A stretch of DNA of 51,716 nt, taken from assembly GCF_001194135.2 (NCBI RefSeq), contig NC_068990.1, positions 20,789,633 through 20,841,348 of the forward strand, read 5' to 3'. This document shows positions 49,130 to 51,716 of this stretch, piece after piece (within the stretch, counting starts at the first letter, position 1; every line of letters starts with the position of its first letter). Made by a program: the position numbers and the translations under genes. The notes beneath the pieces are model-generated. The model saw only the letters and a list, made by a program, of their open reading frames with translations, did not search any database and was not told the DNA's origin. The stretch comes from Octopus bimaculoides (lineage: Eukaryota).

Positions 49130-49195
49130 ACATAGACATACGCACACACGCACACACACACAAACACACACACAAACACACACACACACACACAT
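49063..49195. repeat. (CA)n microsatellite, imperfect
   Basis: Directly visible. Confidence 0.95.
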
Positions 49196-49236
49196 GCATA
49201 GTCGTCACTAAAGTGAGTAAGGGTGCAGGGAGCACA

Positions 49237-49463
49237 AGCATTGCTAGAAATAAGAGTCAAAAATCTTTTAGCCACGTGAAAGCACTTTTCTACAGACTGA
49301 CAAGGGAGACAGACACCCTACAGCAAGCGGAATGTAGTCATATCATCGACGATTCCAGATTTGATTAATCTTCATCAGTGTCTCTGTTGTCTCTCTTGTT
49401 AGTCCTCAGAAAAATGCTCTCGCGTGGCCAGAAGTTATTTTAACTCTTATTTCTAGCAATGCT
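49237..49463. mobile_element. MITE-like element (227 bp) with ~55-bp TIRs
   Basis: AGCATTGCTAGAAATAAGAGT is perfectly inverted at both ends; about 85% complementarity over 49237-49291 and 49408-49463. Confidence 0.78.
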
Positions 49464-50764
49464 GATGTTCAATGGCATTAAGTGACCACTATACATCTGC
49501 CATTCGGTTCTAAACTGCGAATAGTCAACTTAATAATTTATAATTTTCACTTCACCATTTTCGGAATCAGTCAATGTTCCCCATGGTGTTCTCTGTAAGA
49601 CTGACAAGGTGAGTTACGTTTTTAGGCCTCCGCGACGCAATAATGCGTCTAGCACCTTCAGTCACGACAATGATTCTGTCTTTCGATTCTAAACTGCGAA
49701 TAACCGCCTTGATAATTTATATATATATATATATATATNNNNNNNNNNNNNNNNNNNNNNNNNNNNNNNNNNNNNNNNNNNNNNNNNNNNNNNNNNNNNN
49801 NNNNNNNNNNNNNNNNNNNNNNNNNNNNNNNNNNNNNNNNNNNNNNNNNNNNNNNNNNNNNNNNNNNNNNNNNNNNNNNNNNNNNNNNNNNNNNNNNNNN
49901 NNNNNNNNNNNNNNNNNNNNNNNNNNNNNNNNNNNNNNNNNNNNNNNNNNNNNNNNNNNNNNNNNNNNNNNNNNNNNNNNNNNNNNNNNNNNNNNNNNNN
50001 NNNNNNNNNNNNNNNNNNNNNNNNNNNNNNNNNNNNNNNNNNNNNNNNNNNNNNNNNNNNNNNNNNNNNNNNNNNNNNNNNNNNNNNNNNNNNNNNNNNN
50101 NNNNNNNNNNNNNNNNNNNNNNNNNNNNNNNNNNNNNNNNNNNNNNNNNNNNNNNNNNNNNNNNNNNNNNNNNNNNNNNNNNNNNNNNNNNNNNNNNNNN
50201 NNNNNNNNNNNNNNNNNNNNNNNNNNNNNNNNNNNNNNNNNNNNNNNNNNNNNNNNNNNNNNNNNNNNNNNNNNNNNNNNNNNNNNNNNNNNNNNNNNNN
50301 NNNNNNNNNNNNNNNNNNNNNNNNNNNNNNNNNNNNNNNNNNNNNNNNNNNNNNNNNNNNNNNNNNNNNNNNNNNNNNNNNNNNNNNNNNNNNNNNNNNN
50401 NNNNNNNNNNNNNNNNNNNNNNNNNNNNNNNNNNNNNNNNNNNNNNNNNNNNNNNNNNNNNNNNNNNNNNNNNNNNNNNNNNNNNNNNNNNNNNNNNNNN
50501 NNNNNNNNNNNNNNNNNNNNNNNNNNNNNNNNNNNNNNNNNNNNNNNNNNNNNNNNNNNNNNNNNNNNNNNNNNNNNNNNNNNNNNNNNNNNNNNNNNNN
50601 NNNNNNNNNNNNNNNNNNNNNNNNNNNNNNNNNNNNNNNNNNNNNNNNNNNNNNNNNTATATATATATATATTATATACCTGGAGATTTTGCGAGAGTTT
50701 GCCAAAGTCCGGCGAGAGTCTCGCAAGAGGTACTGCTTAGTTTTAGACGCGGGCTTGGCTGGGT

Positions 50765-50870
50765 TATTAAGAAGCTCATTTTGCATCCATGAGCTTTTGG
50801 TTTTGAGCTCAGTTTCACTGCATGGTGTCTTGGGCGAGTGACTTCTTCAAGGGCCCAGACCAACGAATTC
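50765..50870 (+). mobile_element. SINE family B head, degenerate
   Basis: AAGAAGCTCATTTTGCATCCATG...CAGTTTCACTGCATGGTGTCTTGGGCGAGTGACTTCT. Confidence 0.6.
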
Positions 50871-51124
50871 CTTCTAATAAGTACAAGTTCAGCACTGCGA
50901 TCGATATAATCAACTTATCCCTACCCACAAACTTGCTGGCCACTATCTAAAATATGGAACCAATGTCTAGTGAAGGAAAACAGCGGTTTTTGAATGCATA
51001 GAAGTTGCACTTTTTCCGCAACAAAATCTCGAAAAACCATTCCTTCTATATTCGTAGCGGGGTGTCCCAAAAGCTAATCTTGTCCCTGGTGCTCATTTTT
51101 TTTCTGGATATATTATTGAATATA

Positions 51125-51315
51125 TTGCTGAAACTGGGATGTGCTCAGTACGAATAGCAGTTATTTTTCTTCTGAGCTTAACGTTCTCAGTTCAAATCCC
51201 ACCGAAGTCAACTTAAATTTTCATCTCTTAGGGGACGATAAAATAAGATATCAGTCAAGAACTGGGGTTCATGTGATCGACTTGCCTCGCCCTTCTCCTC
51301 AATATTGCTGCCCTT
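51125..51315 (+). mobile_element. SINE family A, diverged
   Basis: TTAACGTTCTCAGTTCAAATCCCACCGAAGTCAAC...GGGGACGATAAAATAAG...CTGGGGTTCATGTGATCGACT. Confidence 0.75.
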
Positions 51316-51457
51316 CAAGTCTTCTCGGTCATTTATAAACTGTGGGTCTCAGGTAATCATATCTTACAGCTTCTAGGGCTCAAGAAAAATAACATATCCC
51401 TGTGAGTGTGTTGAGCCACCAAATACAGTAAATAGATCCCAAAATAAGTAATAGAGA

Positions 51458-51578
51458 TATGGTTCCGGGTTCAGTCTCCCTGCGTGCCACCTTTTGCAAG
51501 TATCTTCTACTATAGCCACGGACCGACCAAAGCCCCTGTGAGTAGATTTGGTAGACAGAAACTGAAAGAAGCCGATCG

Positions 51579-51580
<2 letters not shown>
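51458..51580 (+). mobile_element. SINE family B head and central region
   Basis: ATGGTTCCGGGTTCAGTCTCCCTGCGTGCCACCTTTTGCAAGTATCTTCTACTATAGCC...GAAACTGAAAGAAGCC. Confidence 0.85.
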
Positions 51581-51612
<32 letters not shown>

Positions 51613-51716
51613 GGTTTTTAACTTTTAAATTTTCATATTCAAAAGAGACAGAGACTTCACACTCGATATATCGATTTATTCATCACTCTATGTTAACATT
51701 TCTGTGCCAAACTTAT

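Overview
AT-rich, microsatellite-dense eukaryotic DNA from a fragmented draft assembly. About 20% of the window is N, in 21 gaps that mostly sit next to (TA)n, (CA)n or (TG)n tracts. The interspersed repeats look to me like Octopus (coleoid cephalopod) families; this is recognition from memory, not a database result. I cannot support any host protein-coding gene, rRNA, tRNA gene or CRISPR array, so the window reads as intronic or intergenic. Most supplied ORFs are artefacts of N-runs and simple repeats. Contents: three tRNA-derived SINE families (two with a CORE-like domain), decayed RTE and CR1/L2-type LINE fragments, a Tc1/mariner transposase relic, several MITEs and foldback elements, and local duplications. 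Most interesting: a ~220-bp SINE-like retroposon in three copies carries a minimal type I hammerhead ribozyme motif. The copy at 16686-16906 has an intact core and a 13-bp target-site duplication. A second repeat family (2340-2413 and 45461-45539) has the two hammerhead core words in permuted order with a shared pseudoknot-like pairing.
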